DNA of 64,000 nt from IMG/VR virus record IMGVR_UViG_3300029319_000003, positions 1 through 64,000 of that record, one strand, 5' to 3'. Within the stretch, counting starts at the first letter, position 1. Every line of letters begins with the position of its first letter. The position numbers and the translations under genes were made by a program. A model generated the notes under the pieces. It searched no databases. It was not told the DNA's origin and saw nothing but the letters and a program-made list of their open reading frames with translations. Source of the stretch: a virus. Below, in pieces: positions 62,358 through 64,000 of the stretch.

Positions 62358-63389
62358 TTAGGCTCCCGTATCCCCTGTGTCTGCGGAGTCGTCGTCATCT
62401 CCATCTTCGACGGGCTCATAATGATATGCAATCTCCACCAAGACATTGGCACCGGGAATTACCGTAAACTCCACGGAGTTGGTGGCTGGATCGAATACCC
62501 AATCCCAGTTCAGCACGCCGTTGTGAAATACCCGAATTGTGTCTTCATGAGAGGGGATGTGTGTAAGATCCCAGTACTCATGAGGCTCAACGGAGTTTGA
62601 CGCATCGGTTACACCGGGTGCCCAATCTTCGTCGCAAATGTCAACAATGACACCTCCAAAGTAATTTGTAGCCTCGATGTATCGGTCACCAATATTAATT
62701 ATGCTTGGCGGGGAGGCACACACGGAGTCTGCCTGCTCTACGTTCACCACGCTGGCAACAAACGCAGACCCACCACGAAGAGCGCCAAACCAGTTGGTGA
62801 AGTCTACCACATCGATCATGTAGTCATCGCTTTGCTCCTCTTCATCAGAAACAAAGACAACCAACAGCGCAGCGTCGGGACGCAACCAAGTGCTAGCATA
62901 AGAGTTGTTTTGAATATACTCATATACTGCATCGAACCCTTCTTCACGATGACCAGTGCCCATTGCATTGTACATATCAATGGCGTCAGCAATATCATCG
63001 CCGGGTACCAGCGGGAACTGTGATTCGCCAAGAGCCGCAACGGGGTCGTTGCTCATCATGGCGAGCCGCCAGCCTGATTCTGGCAAGGCATTCATCATCG
63101 CCTCGATGCCCAACAACAAATCAGGCTCGTATTGATACATTGATCCAGATGTGTCGATTACCCATAAAATATCGACGCCATCTACACTTGCTGGCTGGAC
63201 AAAGTGATCCACCCAAATTTCACCATAATCAGTCTCGCCGGGGATCTCGACATATTCAGTCTCACCCGGTACTTCTACATAAACTGTTTCGGTTTCAGCA
63301 TACCTTGCTGTAATTGCATAATCAGAACAGCCTACGACACTCCCTGCAAGCAGGAGCATCGCGACTGCAAGCCTCGCGAATTTGCCCAT
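62358..63389 (-). CDS. lipoprotein with a vWA (MIDAS) domain
   Basis: Signal peptide ending VVGC; DILWVIDTSGSM; VFVSDEEEQS; acidic DTGDTG tail. Confidence 0.75.
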   Translation of the reverse strand: MGKFARLAVAMLLLAGSVVGCSDYAITARYAETETVYVEVPGETEYVEIPGETDYGEIWVDHFVQPASVDGVDILWVIDTSGSMYQYEPDLLLGIEAMMNALPESGWRLAMMSNDPVAALGESQFPLVPGDDIADAIDMYNAMGTGHREEGFDAVYEYIQNNSYASTWLRPDAALLVVFVSDEEEQSDDYMIDVVDFTNWFGALRGGSAFVASVVNVEQADSVCASPPSIINIGDRYIEATNYFGGVIVDICDEDWAPGVTDASNSVEPHEYWDLTHIPSHEDTIRVFHNGVLNWDWVFDPATNSVEFTVIPGANVLVEIAYHYEPVEDGDDDDSADTGDTGA

Positions 63390-63479
63390 TCCATAACTTC
63401 CTCCAGAGACATTGCCCTTGCCTCATTTGTAACTATGAGGAAAAAACACAAATCTCTTAGGAAGTATGAAATAAATATT

Positions 63480-64000
63480 TTATTCGGCTTCGTCTTTTGC
63501 GAGCAGTTCGTCCACCCAGCCTTCAACAAGTTCCTGACTCCACCCGTGGACTCCAGCATGAATGACCATTTCTCGGTCAATAGCAAGAATTGTCGGATAG
63601 CCTGATACTGGGTAACCATCTTCTGCCGAGTAGTCAACAACACTGGAATCGCCCTGCAAAACTGGAGATACGCTGGGGATTCCATAAATGACCGCCCAAT
63701 CTTGCACATCGTGCAGTTCAACTGAACCGCCGGCATGGTCTTGAAGTAAGACCGTAATCCACACCACGCCATCTTCGTTATACTTTGTGACGTGTGAGGC
63801 GACCTGTGATGCCGCCGCTTGGCACGGTCCACACCATACCACCGAAAAGTCTAAAATAATAATTTTTCCGTAGTAGTCGTCATACAAGGACACCATTTCA
63901 TCTGCCTGATCTTTAAAAGAAAAATCACAAGCATGATCTCCAATCTTGCCGCCGCAATCATCCCATGTTATAGGGTTCGGCTCTTCATCTACAACTTCGG
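63480..64000 (-). CDS. TlpA/redoxin-family thiol-disulfide oxidoreductase (5' end outside the window)
   Basis: LDFSVVWCGPC, YPT; frame open to 64000 (...GDHACDFSFKDQADEMVSL...). Confidence 0.85.
   Translation of the reverse strand, partial: EVVDEEPNPITWDDCGGKIGDHACDFSFKDQADEMVSLYDDYYGKIIILDFSVVWCGPCQAAASQVASHVTKYNEDGVVWITVLLQDHAGGSVELHDVQDWAVIYGIPSVSPVLQGDSSVVDYSAEDGYPVSGYPTILAIDREMVIHAGVHGWSQELVEGWVDELLAKDEAE

Noticed and set aside
1-64000. Alternative genetic code (stop-codon reassignment), common in some huge phages
   Set aside because: Conserved genes are full-length in code 11, and TAA, TGA and TAG all end genes immediately before the next start.

Overview
A 64-kb segment of a large tailed dsDNA bacteriophage genome with T4-like/huge-phage gene content. 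No hallmark of a cellular chromosome is seen. Essentially every credible gene lies on the minus strand, tightly packed with ATGA/TAATG overlaps, in standard genetic code. In the direction of transcription (64000 to 1) the order is: redoxin and vWA lipoprotein; tape-measure/tail/baseplate block; replication and repair block (compact PolA-like protein, tubulin/FtsZ-like protein, gp32-like SSB, RecA, deaminase, UvsE, 5'-3' exonuclease, DnaB-like helicase, class II RNR, DnaE); nucleotide and DNA-modification genes (dUTPase, two adenine MTases, IMPDH/GMPR); proteostasis and lysis genes (GroES-like, ClpP, amidase, GroEL); a ~9.6-kb operon of proteins sharing one N-terminal leader; and ~9 kb of tiny ORFs ending in an Hsp20 gene. 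The top candidate for an undescribed system is the cluster at 9891-19506. Ten otherwise unrelated proteins there start with the same 14-residue leader, M-[KR]-x-[LI]-[MIF]-E-[NQT]-W-R-x-[FY]-[LV]-x-E. It resembles the T4 capsid-targeting sequence and is fused to different predicted enzymes (ART-like, RNase-like, zincin, GNAT, transglutaminase-like). The second candidate is a ~390-nt ORF-poor, highly structured RNA with its own promoter at 24194-24585. Two promoter classes are visible: TTGACA-N17-TATATT before early/replication genes, and ACTANTTA before structural and leader genes. Family assignments come from motif recognition by eye, not from database searches.
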